Shown piece after piece: positions 1 through 9,019 of a stretch of DNA of 40,070 nucleotides. This DNA comes from Betaproteobacteria bacterium (lineage in GTDB: Bacteria > Pseudomonadota > Gammaproteobacteria > Burkholderiales > SG8-39): positions 1 through 40,070 of the forward strand of contig JACPRN010000048.1 in the NCBI GenBank assembly GCA_016189945.1. The letters run 5' to 3'. The position numbers were made by a program, and so were the translations under genes. Below the pieces are notes generated by a model. That model had not been told where the DNA came from and did no database searches. It was given only the letters and a program-made list of their open reading frames with translations. How positions within the stretch are numbered: position 1 is the first letter of the stretch; each line of letters starts with the position of its first letter.

Positions 1-1
1 C

Positions 2-637
<636 letters not shown>

Positions 638-650
638 CAAGGACACTGGA

Positions 651-1781
651 ATGGACTTCTCTCTCGCAGAGGAACAAAGACTGCTGCAGGAATCGCTCGC
701 GCGCTTTGCGCAGAAGGAATACACCTTCGAAAAACGGCGCGCCATCCAGGCGCTCGCCGAAGGCTATTCGCGCGAGGCATGGTCGACCCTTGCCGACATG
801 GGCGTTCTCGGCCTGCCGTTTCCGGAGCACTACGGGGGTTTTGGCGGCGGACCGGTCGAAACCATGATCGTGATGAACGCGGTAGGTAGCGCCCTGATGG
901 TCGAACCGTATGTGGCGACCGTGGTGCTGGGCGGGGGGCTGGTGGCGCGGCTCGGAGATGAAGCGCAAAAGCAGATGCTCTCCGCGGTGACCGAGGGAAA
1001 GCTCTTGCTTGCCCTTGCGCACGACGAACCGGGCTCGCGCTGGTCGCTCGCCGATGTCAAGACGCGCGCAGTGAGACGGGGGAGCCGCTGGCGACTGGAG
1101 GGCCGCAAGGCGGTGGTGCTGCACGGCGCGCAAGCAGACCGGCTGCTCGTCTCCGCGCGTACTGCAGGTGAGCCGGGCGATGAAAAGGGCGTGAGCCTGT
1201 TCATCGTCGACAAGGGCGCCAAGGGGCTCTCGGTTCGCGATTACCGCACCATCGACGGCCTGCGCGCCGCCGATGTGACGCTGGATGGCGTGGAGCTGGA
1301 GGCGGGTGCGCTGCTTGGCGCCGAAGGAACAGCCTATGGCGCCTTGGAATGGGCGATGGATCAGGGCGCCGCGGCGCTCTGCGCCGAGGCGGTAGGCGCG
1401 ATGGAGGCTCTGAACGCGCAGACGCTCGATTACGTGAAACAGCGCCAGCAGTTCGGCCAGCCGATCGGGCGCTTTCAGGTCAACCAGCACAAAGCGGCCG
1501 ACATGTTCATCCAGACCGAGCTTTCCAAGTCGATGGCCTATCTGGCGGCGATGCGCGCGGGCTCGAAAGACGCCGCCGAGCGCGCCCATGCCGTGTCGGC
1601 GGCGAAAGTGCACATCGGCAAGTCGGGGCGCTTTGTCGCCGAGACCGCGATCCAACTGCACGGCGGCATGGGCATGAGCGACGAGCTGGCCGCAAGCCAC
1701 TACGCCAAGCGCCTGGTGATGATCGACTTCTGGCTCGGCGACAGCGAGCATCACGTGGATCGCTTTATCGCCAAAGGCTGA
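651..1781 (+). CDS. Acyl-CoA dehydrogenase, PimD-like (376 aa)
   Basis: ATG 651 gives the typical MDFSLAEEQRLL start. Motifs RQQFGQPIGRFQ and IQLHGGMGM. Confidence 0.9.
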   Translation: MDFSLAEEQRLLQESLARFAQKEYTFEKRRAIQALAEGYSREAWSTLADMGVLGLPFPEHYGGFGGGPVETMIVMNAVGSALMVEPYVATVVLGGGLVARLGDEAQKQMLSAVTEGKLLLALAHDEPGSRWSLADVKTRAVRRGSRWRLEGRKAVVLHGAQADRLLVSARTAGEPGDEKGVSLFIVDKGAKGLSVRDYRTIDGLRAADVTLDGVELEAGALLGAEGTAYGALEWAMDQGAAALCAEAVGAMEALNAQTLDYVKQRQQFGQPIGRFQVNQHKAADMFIQTELSKSMAYLAAMRAGSKDAAERAHAVSAAKVHIGKSGRFVAETAIQLHGGMGMSDELAASHYAKRLVMIDFWLGDSEHHVDRFIAKG

Positions 1782-1783
1782 TC

Positions 1784-2782
1784 GTGCCGGCGAACCGCCA
1801 GGTGCTGTTCGCAAGCCGCCCCAGGGGATGGGTGAGCGAGGATAACTTTCGCCTCGTCGAGTCTCCGCTGCCTGTGGCCGCGGAAGGCCAGGTGCTGGTG
1901 CGCAATCACTGGCTGTCTCTCGACCCGTACATGCGCGGGCGGATGGACGCGGGCAAGAGCTACGCCAAGGGGGCGGAGCTGGGCCAAGTGATGGTGGGCG
2001 GCACCGCCGGCGAGGTGCTCGAATCCAAGTCGCCGAAGTTCAAGACGGGCGACATGGTCGCGGGGGCGCTCGGCTGGCAGGAGTACGGTGCAGCCGAGGC
2101 GGCGGCCCTGACGCGGATAGACACTTCGCTCGCCCCGGCTTCGTATTATCTCGGCATCCTCGGCATGCCCGGGGTGACCGCCTGGATGGGGTTGCTCGAG
2201 ATTGCGCAGCCGAAGGAGGGCGAGACCGTCGTCGTATCCGCCGCCGCCGGCGCCGTGGGCGGCGCTGCCGGACAGATCGCGAGAATCAAAGGTTGCCGCG
2301 CAGTCGGAATCGCCGGCGGCAAGGCGAAGTGTGACTATGTTACCGGCGAACTGGGGTTTGACGCCTGCGTCGACTACAAGGCCGGGCGGCTCCAGGCCGA
2401 TCTGCAGGCGGCGGCCCCCAACGGCATCGACGTGTGCTTCGAGAACGTCGGCGGCGAACTCTTCGACACCGTGCTCGCCCGCATGAACCCGTTTTCGCGC
2501 ATCGCGCTCTGCGGCCTGGTGTCGCAATACAACCTCACCAGGCCTTACGCGCTGAAGAATTTGCGCTCGGTCCTGGTGAACCGCATCCGCATGCAGGGGT
2601 TCATTGTCGCCGACCGCTTCGATTCTTGGCCGCGCGCGAAGGCGGAGCTGGCCGAATGGCTCAAGGCGGGAAAGCTCAAGTGCCGCGAATCGATCGCGCA
2701 GGGGCTTGAGAATGCGCCACGCGCGTTCATCGGCATGTTGAAGGGAGAAAACTTGGGCAAGCAGTTGGTGAAGCTGGTGTAG
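1784..2782 (+). CDS. NADP-dependent oxidoreductase (MDR family, PTGR/YncB/CurA-like)
   Basis: GTG 1784 just after the upstream stop. Motifs LSLDPYMRGRM, LGMPGVTAW, VSAAAGAVG, FENVGG, GENLGKQLV. Confidence 0.92.
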   Translation: MPANRQVLFASRPRGWVSEDNFRLVESPLPVAAEGQVLVRNHWLSLDPYMRGRMDAGKSYAKGAELGQVMVGGTAGEVLESKSPKFKTGDMVAGALGWQEYGAAEAAALTRIDTSLAPASYYLGILGMPGVTAWMGLLEIAQPKEGETVVVSAAAGAVGGAAGQIARIKGCRAVGIAGGKAKCDYVTGELGFDACVDYKAGRLQADLQAAAPNGIDVCFENVGGELFDTVLARMNPFSRIALCGLVSQYNLTRPYALKNLRSVLVNRIRMQGFIVADRFDSWPRAKAELAEWLKAGKLKCRESIAQGLENAPRAFIGMLKGENLGKQLVKLV

Positions 2783-2852
2783 GCTGGGCTCGGAGCGACG
2801 ACTCTTCGCCCCAGCCCCCGCTTTCAAGTAACGGACTTCCGAGGAGGACGCT

Positions 2853-3317
2853 ATGGAAAGCAAGGACACGAGCGCCAAAGTCGATTTGTCGCGCGCCAAG
2901 TACGTGGGTTTCTGGAAGCGGGTGGGAGCTGCGATCATCGATATTCTGATCCTCATAGTCGTCACCTTTCCCCTGCTGTGGTGGATCTATGGCCCTGACT
3001 ATTTCACCACGCCGGGTATGTCCAAGGGTGTTGCGGACGTCATCATCAATTACGTATTGCCGGCGGTCGCGGTGATCCTGTTCTGGAGGTTTCGCGGGGC
3101 TACGCCGGGGAAAATGCTGATTTCGGCGCGCATTGTCGATGCCGCCTCGGGCGGCGCGCCTTCGACCAAGCAGTTGATCGGCCGCTATTTCGCCTACATC
3201 GTATCGTCGCTGCCTGCGGGCCTCGGCTTCCTGTGGATCGCGTTCGACAAGCGCAAGCAGAGCTGGCACGACAAGCTCGCCGGGACGGTGGTCGTCTACG
3301 ACAAGGATGACATTTGA
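2853..3317 (+). CDS. RDD family membrane protein
   Basis: GFWKRVGAAIID, ATPGK and KQSWHDKLAGTVVV signature; SD GAGGAGG. Confidence 0.9.
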   Translation: MESKDTSAKVDLSRAKYVGFWKRVGAAIIDILILIVVTFPLLWWIYGPDYFTTPGMSKGVADVIINYVLPAVAVILFWRFRGATPGKMLISARIVDAASGGAPSTKQLIGRYFAYIVSSLPAGLGFLWIAFDKRKQSWHDKLAGTVVVYDKDDI

Positions 3318-3365
3318 GGGACCGGCGCGGGCGGGTCGGGCGCCGAATTAGAAGGCCCCAAGTCC

Positions 3366-3387
3366 AGCCGGCGCCGGCTCTTATTTT
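3366..3387 (+). terminator. Possible intrinsic terminator after RDD gene
   Basis: AGCCG-GCGC-CGGCT hairpin followed by CTTATTTT; the stem is short. Confidence 0.4.
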
Positions 3388-3474
3388 CAGCTATTCTATG
3401 CTGCTTGGCCTGGGTATTCTCTTGATCCATCGGCAGATCGAGCGCCGCATCGATGAGATTGGAAGGTTATAGCC

Positions 3475-3558
3475 ATGGACATACTTGTAGGGATCGTCAT
3501 GCTTGCCGTAGTGCTTCTTTTTGTCGGCATTGCATTAGACGCCGCTCGCCGCAAATAG
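3475..3558 (+). CDS. Small single-pass membrane peptide, 27 aa (MDILVGIVMLAVVLLFVGIALDAARRK)
   Basis: Translated by hand (not in the ORF track). SD-like GGAAGG at 3461-3466, ATG 3475, TAG 3556-3558; 19-residue hydrophobic run plus basic tail. Confidence 0.65.
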   Translation: MDILVGIVMLAVVLLFVGIALDAARRK

Positions 3559-3708
3559 CCTTTTCCCGTCCCGCTCCCCAAACCGACGGCGGAAAGCGCG
3601 TGTCCTTGCTGAAAGATCGTGCCCGCCCCGGTTGGGCGCGAATGCTAACGAGCGAGGCGCTTCGCCGCGTATACTCGATCTTATCCCCACGCCAGAGGAG
3701 CACTCCGC

Positions 3709-4404
3709 ATGATTGACGTCTACACCTGGCCGACCCCGAACGGCCACAAGGTTCATATCATGCTGGAGGAAACCGGGCTCGCTTATCGCGTGCACCCGGT
3801 GGCGATCGACGCGGGCGAACAGTTCCGGCCCGAGTTCCTGAAGATCAGCCCCAACAACAAGATTCCTGCCATCGTCGACACCGAGGGGCCGGGCGGCGAG
3901 CCGATCTCGCTGTTCGAGTCGGGGGCGATCCTCATCTATCTCGCTGCCAAGACCGGCCGGTTTCTCCCTGAGGACCTGCGCGAGAAGTGGTCGGTGCTGC
4001 AGTGGCTGATGTTCCAGATGGGATCGATCGGGCCGATGCTCGGCCAGGCGCACCACTTCAACGGCTATGCGCAGGAGCGGATCGAATACGCGATTCGCCG
4101 CTACACCAACGAGGCGAACCGCCTCTACGGGGTGCTCGACCGGCGCCTGGCGCAAAGCGAGTACGTCGCCTGCGGGCAATACACCATCGCCGACATCGCC
4201 ATCATGCCCTGGCTGCGCTCCTACAAGCGCCAGGGCGTGGAGATGGGGGACTACCCGAACGTCAAGCGCTGGTTCGACGCCATCAACGAGCGTCCCGCGG
4301 TCGTTCGCGGCTTGGCCGTTCTCGCCGATCGGCGCCGCGAGGGGCCGATGAGCGCGCAGGCGCGCGAAAACCTCTTCGGCGCCACGCAGTACCAGAGGCA
4401 CTAG
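3709..4404 (+). CDS. Glutathione S-transferase, Nu class (YfcG-like)
   Basis: N-terminal TWPTPNG, SPNNKIPAIVD, FESGAIL, GPMLGQAHHF; SD GAGGAG. Confidence 0.93.
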   Translation: MIDVYTWPTPNGHKVHIMLEETGLAYRVHPVAIDAGEQFRPEFLKISPNNKIPAIVDTEGPGGEPISLFESGAILIYLAAKTGRFLPEDLREKWSVLQWLMFQMGSIGPMLGQAHHFNGYAQERIEYAIRRYTNEANRLYGVLDRRLAQSEYVACGQYTIADIAIMPWLRSYKRQGVEMGDYPNVKRWFDAINERPAVVRGLAVLADRRREGPMSAQARENLFGATQYQRH

Positions 4405-4413
4405 AGTCCCGCC

Positions 4414-5145
4414 ATGACCAAGAATTCGAAAATTGCGCTGATTGCAGGCGTCGGCGAGGGCCTGGGCGGAGCGATCGCCAGGCGTTTCGCCCACGGCGGC
4501 TATGCCACCGCGCTCGTTGCGAGGAGCGCCGAGCGGCTCAAGCGAGTCGCCGACCAGATCGAAGGCTCCGGCGGACGCGGGGTGGCCTACGTCGCCGACC
4601 TGCGCGAAGAGTCCGCGGTGACCAAGCTCTTCGAAGATGTCGAAAAGGAGCTCGGGCCGATATCGATGGCGGTATTCAACGCCGCGGCCATCTACCGCGC
4701 CTCGATCCTCGATACGCCCGCCGACATGTTCGAGAAAGTGTGGCGCCTCACCTGCTATGCGGGGTTCCTGGTCGGCCGCGAAGCCGCGCGCCACATGGTG
4801 CCGCGCGGACACGGGACCCTCATTTTCACCGGCGCCACGGCGTCGCTTCGCGGCGGCGCCCAGTTCGCGGCCTTCGCCGCCGCCAAGGGGGGCCTGCGCC
4901 AGGTCGCGCAGAGCATGGCGCGGGAACTGGGGCCCAAGGGCATCCACGTCGCTTCGGTGATCATCGACGGCGTGATCGACAGCCCGCGCACGCACGAGCG
5001 CATGCCCGAGCGCATGGCGCAGTTGCCGCCCGCGGGGGCGCTCAAACCCGAGCACATCGCCGAGGCGTACTGGCAGTTGCACCAGCAGCCGCGCGACGCC
5101 TGGACCTTCGAGCTGGATCTGCGGCCGTGGGTGGAGAAGTTCTAG
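4414..5145 (+). CDS. SDR family oxidoreductase
   Basis: GVGEGLG Rossmann motif, FTGATAS, FAAAK (Phe at the usual catalytic Tyr), GIHVASVIIDG, C-terminal WTFELDLRP. Confidence 0.9.
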   Translation: MTKNSKIALIAGVGEGLGGAIARRFAHGGYATALVARSAERLKRVADQIEGSGGRGVAYVADLREESAVTKLFEDVEKELGPISMAVFNAAAIYRASILDTPADMFEKVWRLTCYAGFLVGREAARHMVPRGHGTLIFTGATASLRGGAQFAAFAAAKGGLRQVAQSMARELGPKGIHVASVIIDGVIDSPRTHERMPERMAQLPPAGALKPEHIAEAYWQLHQQPRDAWTFELDLRPWVEKF

Positions 5146-5151
5146 TTCAAG

Positions 5152-6321
5152 TTAGAAGTTGTGCATCATGCCGATCGCCCAAACGCGTGGATCCGCGCCG
5201 GCGCCGATTGCCGCTGCGGCGCCGTAACTGGCATTGGCGGAGTAATCTGCGATCTGGTTGGCGCTGTTGGAAACCCTGTTGTAGGTCACGTACATGCCGG
5301 TTCGCTTCGACATCAGGTACTTGAGGCCCAGCATGTAGGCTTTCGCATCGGTGTTGTCACAGCCATTGGCCGTGCCGTTGAGTGCCGTGCAACCGCTCGC
5401 GCGGTTCAGCTTGCCGTACATTGCAAGCGCTTGAACGTTGCCGAATACGTGCTCCCAATTCAGCGTCCAGGCCGCCTGCTTGATGTTGTCGTTCAGCGCC
5501 GAGAACCCGGCCGCACCTGCCACACCCTCGTTCTTGAGCTGCGCCCAGATCACCGAAACCTGTGCTCCCGGCGCATACGGCCAGCCGACGCCCAGCTTGT
5601 TGCCGCTTAGCTTCAGGCGGTTGGCGCCGCCCGAGGCCGCTTGGTTGGAGGCGTAGTCCCACAGCAAATTCACCACGCCGCCGTAACGCAGCGTCGCGCC
5701 CCAGATCTTGGCATCGGTGTTGGCGCCGGCCACCGCGGCCTCCGAGTTGGGAGCATAGCTCAGCGTGGCGTTGAAACCACTGAAAGTCGGACTGTTGTAG
5801 GCCACCACGTTCGAGGTGCGTCCCGTCGGGCCCGCGACGCGGCCAAACGTTGCGGCCAGCGTCCACGGAATTTCGGTGTTCACGTAATTCGACCCACTCT
5901 GCGCCACCACGCCGTTCGTGTTCCAAATCGTCTGGCGACCGAAGCTGACGCGGCCCCAACCGCCTTGCAGGCCCACGTACGAATCGCGCGAAGCGAGAAA
6001 GCCGCTCGAGCCGTTCACCAAGCCGGCCTGGCCGAGATTGTTGCCCGCGTCCACGTTCACGCCCGACTCAATCTGGAACACTGCGCTCAAGCCGCTGCCG
6101 AGATTCTCGCTGCCGCGGAAGCCGAGGCGCGAACCGGAGTCAAAAATGCGGGTTCGGGACTTGAGATCGGCCGCCGCGCCGGCGGTCGAACCGGTCGCCG
6201 AATAATTGTCGAGACCGAGATTGGCGCGCCCATAGATCTGCACATTACTCGCTTGCGCGAACGCCGCCGCGGGCGCGGCCAGCGCACCGGCGACGACAAG
6301 TGCCATGACCTTCTTCTTCAT
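5152..6321 (-). CDS. Gram-negative general porin (betaproteobacterial type), 389 aa
   Basis: Signal peptide MKKKVMALVVAGALAAPAAAFA, VQIYG, SRLGFRGSENLG, YLMSKRT and C-terminal Phe (GMMHNF). Start set at ATG 6321. Confidence 0.93.
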   Translation of the reverse strand: MKKKVMALVVAGALAAPAAAFAQASNVQIYGRANLGLDNYSATGSTAGAAADLKSRTRIFDSGSRLGFRGSENLGSGLSAVFQIESGVNVDAGNNLGQAGLVNGSSGFLASRDSYVGLQGGWGRVSFGRQTIWNTNGVVAQSGSNYVNTEIPWTLAATFGRVAGPTGRTSNVVAYNSPTFSGFNATLSYAPNSEAAVAGANTDAKIWGATLRYGGVVNLLWDYASNQAASGGANRLKLSGNKLGVGWPYAPGAQVSVIWAQLKNEGVAGAAGFSALNDNIKQAAWTLNWEHVFGNVQALAMYGKLNRASGCTALNGTANGCDNTDAKAYMLGLKYLMSKRTGMYVTYNRVSNSANQIADYSANASYGAAAAIGAGADPRVWAIGMMHNF

Positions 6322-6416
6322 CAAGAAATTTCCTGTAAAAAAATCCATTTTATGCGTCCTCTGCTTAACCCACTTGAAATTCAATAGAGCCACTTTAATG
6401 CTCCGGCTCTGGATGA

Positions 6417-7832
6417 TCACCAAAGGTAGAACATGAATACCCACGGCACCACGCCGCCCGCCACCGCTACCGCATAGGCGAGCGAGGCCGCAATCCGGCG
6501 AGATCGAACTGCTGCCGAGCGGGCGATGAGTTCTCTGCCCAGCCATAGGGCGGCGATAGCGCCGATCGCAAGCAGGGCGCCGCGCAAGAACGGCAGGCCG
6601 GGGATGCGCACGCCTTCGCCTGCGAGCACCGTGACGCTGAGCGCGGAGAGTCCGAGGAAAACGCCAATGCCCGCTTGCGGAACCAATCCGTGCGCAAGGC
6701 GATAATGATCACCGGGGGAGCGCAGCAGCGCCGCGCTAACGCGCAACCACAGCCACATCCAGCCGCCTACGACGAGCGACGTTGCACCGATGTAGCCAAG
6801 CACCATGGCGCCATCGAGCCAGGTGAAAACATCGTTCACCTCCGGATAGTGCGTCAGCACCCACCAGGGAATGTCGTCTGAAAGCGGACCGTAGATATTG
6901 TTGGCGACCAGCCATTCGGCGATCGCCATCTTCGCTTTCACCAGCCACGGCGATGCGGTCCACTGCAGCGCGCCGTTGGCGATGCCGATCAGGCCGAACA
7001 GAAGCAAGCGGACTTCCCACGGATTGGTGTCGCTGCGGGTGAGCGAGACGATTTCGCTCCCCGGTGCGCGGCCGGCGAGAGAAATCGCGTTGCGGTAACC
7101 GGAGCAACGGGCGCACATGTGGCAGCGAACGTTGCTGTTCACCAGGCGCAGATTGAGCATCGGCGCGCAGTCGACCGGTTCGGCGCGCGCGGCGGGTTCG
7201 GCCTTGAATCGGTTCCAGGCGAGCTCATCGGTCCGGAAGTGCAGGGGCGCGAAGCGCGCGAGCAGGCCGAAGATCCCGTTCGCGGGGCAAAGGTAGCGGC
7301 ACCAGACGCGCTTGCCCTTGCCCCAGATCAGTCCGACCATCATCGCGACCACACACGACCCGCCTAGGATCAGGAGCCACGCCTTGGGATACTCGTAGAC
7401 CGTGACCAATTGGCCGTAGACGGTGATGCAGACGAAAACAAAAAATGGCCAGCCGCTCCACCGGAGCCAGCGCGGGGGGGTGCGCCCCAGCCCGATGCGG
7501 CTCGCCTGCTCGCTCAAGAAACCTTCCGGGCACATCCAGCCGCACCACACGCGCCCGACCAACATCATGCTCAGCATCACGAACGGCCACCAGATGCCCC
7601 AGAAGACGAACTGCGCAAACAGCGTCAGATTGTTCAGCAGCGTTGCGCCCTGTTGAGGCAACGGCAGGAAGGCGGGGACGAGGGCGAGCACGAGATAAAA
7701 CAGGAGTATCGCCCATTGGACGGCGAAAATCAGGTACCGATGGGCTCTCAGCCACTCCCCGAGCCTTGAGAGCCGCGAGGGCTTGCGCGCGGCGAGAAAC
7801 GGGAGAGCGGCGGCCAAGTCCGTTGAGTTCAT
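6417..7832 (-). CDS. ftrD: Polyferredoxin-type 4Fe-4S membrane protein (FtrD)
   Basis: CGWMCP, CRYLCP and CHMCARC motifs, multiple TM helices, 4-nt overlap with the FTR1 gene. Confidence 0.85.
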   Translation of the reverse strand: MNSTDLAAALPFLAARKPSRLSRLGEWLRAHRYLIFAVQWAILLFYLVLALVPAFLPLPQQGATLLNNLTLFAQFVFWGIWWPFVMLSMMLVGRVWCGWMCPEGFLSEQASRIGLGRTPPRWLRWSGWPFFVFVCITVYGQLVTVYEYPKAWLLILGGSCVVAMMVGLIWGKGKRVWCRYLCPANGIFGLLARFAPLHFRTDELAWNRFKAEPAARAEPVDCAPMLNLRLVNSNVRCHMCARCSGYRNAISLAGRAPGSEIVSLTRSDTNPWEVRLLLFGLIGIANGALQWTASPWLVKAKMAIAEWLVANNIYGPLSDDIPWWVLTHYPEVNDVFTWLDGAMVLGYIGATSLVVGGWMWLWLRVSAALLRSPGDHYRLAHGLVPQAGIGVFLGLSALSVTVLAGEGVRIPGLPFLRGALLAIGAIAALWLGRELIARSAAVRSRRIAASLAYAVAVAGGVVPWVFMFYLW

Positions 7833-8650
7833 TTGTCAGCTCCTTTTGCGGCATGCCGCAGCCACCACAGCGCCACCGCCCAATAGATCAAGAATGCGAG
7901 TACGACGACACCCGCCGGCCGCGCCCGATAGCCCGTGAAGGCGCTCACCAATCCGCCCGCAGTACCCGCGTCGTCGAACACCGCGGAGACGTCAAAGAGC
8001 GGCTCGCCAAGGGCTGGCAACCAGTCCAGCGCGAGCAAGCGCTCGATTCCGGTCACCACCAGCGCCCCGGCAAGCAGGAGCAGCAGCGCACTCGAGGCGC
8101 GGAAAAACAGCCTTGCCGGAACCCAGCGGCTGCCGCGAACGAGCAGCGCCCCGGTGGCTAGCGCAAGCAGAAAGCCCAGAGCCGAGCCGAGTGCCATGTC
8201 GAGGAGCTCGCCGCCGCGGCGCTCGGCAGCGATTCCGTAGAGGAAGAGCACCGCCTCCGCGCCTTCGCGCCCGATGGCAAGCGCGGCGAGGAGCGCGCAG
8301 GACCAGCCGCCGGCGCGTTCTGCCGCGCGGGTCATGCTGATTTCCAATTCACGGCGCAGATGGCGTCCATGCGAGTTCATCCAAGCGACCATTTGCGCGA
8401 TCAGCGCCGCAGCGGCGAACAGCACGGCAATTTGAAACGCGTCGAGCGCCTGGCCCGCGAGCTGGCTCTGCAATCCCAGCATCAGCGCGCCGAGGGCGAG
8501 CGCGAGCAAGACTCCGGCGGCGGTGCCGAAAAGGAGATGGCGCAGTCCTACGCCGGAGCCCGAGCTGCGGCGAATCCACGCGTACAGGATGCCGATCACC
8601 AGAATCGCCTCGACGCTTTCGCGCCAGACGACAAACATCGCGTTGCTCAT
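7829..8650 (-). CDS. ftrC: FTR1-family iron permease (FtrC)
   Basis: Two RExxE motifs (RESVE, REGAE), hydrophobic, C-terminal FTGYRARP. ATG 8650 with SD GAGGAG. Confidence 0.92.
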   Translation of the reverse strand: MSNAMFVVWRESVEAILVIGILYAWIRRSSGSGVGLRHLLFGTAAGVLLALALGALMLGLQSQLAGQALDAFQIAVLFAAAALIAQMVAWMNSHGRHLRRELEISMTRAAERAGGWSCALLAALAIGREGAEAVLFLYGIAAERRGGELLDMALGSALGFLLALATGALLVRGSRWVPARLFFRASSALLLLLAGALVVTGIERLLALDWLPALGEPLFDVSAVFDDAGTAGGLVSAFTGYRARPAGVVVLAFLIYWAVALWWLRHAAKGADK

Positions 8651-8660
8651 CGTTCGCTCC

Positions 8661-9005
8661 TCATTTGGCCACGATACGGCCGTGGGCGGTCTTGGGATGG
8701 AACTCGCCGACAAATGGATAGGTACCCGGCTTGAGCGGCGCGAACACGAGCACGCGGCTCACCCCGGGCGCGAGCACCAGCTCCTTGCGCAACTCCTTGG
8801 TCTCGAACTCTTCGGGTCCCGCGTTTTGGTTGGTGATTTCCAGGCGAAAGCGTGTGTTGGCCGGGACCTCGACCGTTTCCGGAAACCATTTGCCCTCGCG
8901 CGCGACGAGCTTGAACGTCGGAACGTCCTCGGGCCATGCGACGGGACTCGCGAGCGCGAAAAGCGCCATCGAGCAGCAGCACGCAAGCACGCGGATCAAC
9001 GCCAT
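8661..9005 (-). CDS. ftrB: Periplasmic cupredoxin-domain protein (FtrB)
   Basis: Signal peptide, PEEFE..ELRKE and PGTYPFVGEFHP. ATG 9005 with SD GGGGAG. Confidence 0.88.
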   Translation of the reverse strand: MALIRVLACCCSMALFALASPVAWPEDVPTFKLVAREGKWFPETVEVPANTRFRLEITNQNAGPEEFETKELRKELVLAPGVSRVLVFAPLKPGTYPFVGEFHPKTAHGRIVAK

Positions 9006-9019
9006 GTCGTCTCCCCGGT

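Noticed and set aside
1349-1783. N-terminal extensions in the ORF track (also porin, lpdA, thiolases, bicupin, CoA ligase, large subunit)
   Set aside because: They overlap neighbouring genes or promoters; downstream starts match family N-termini and often have an SD.
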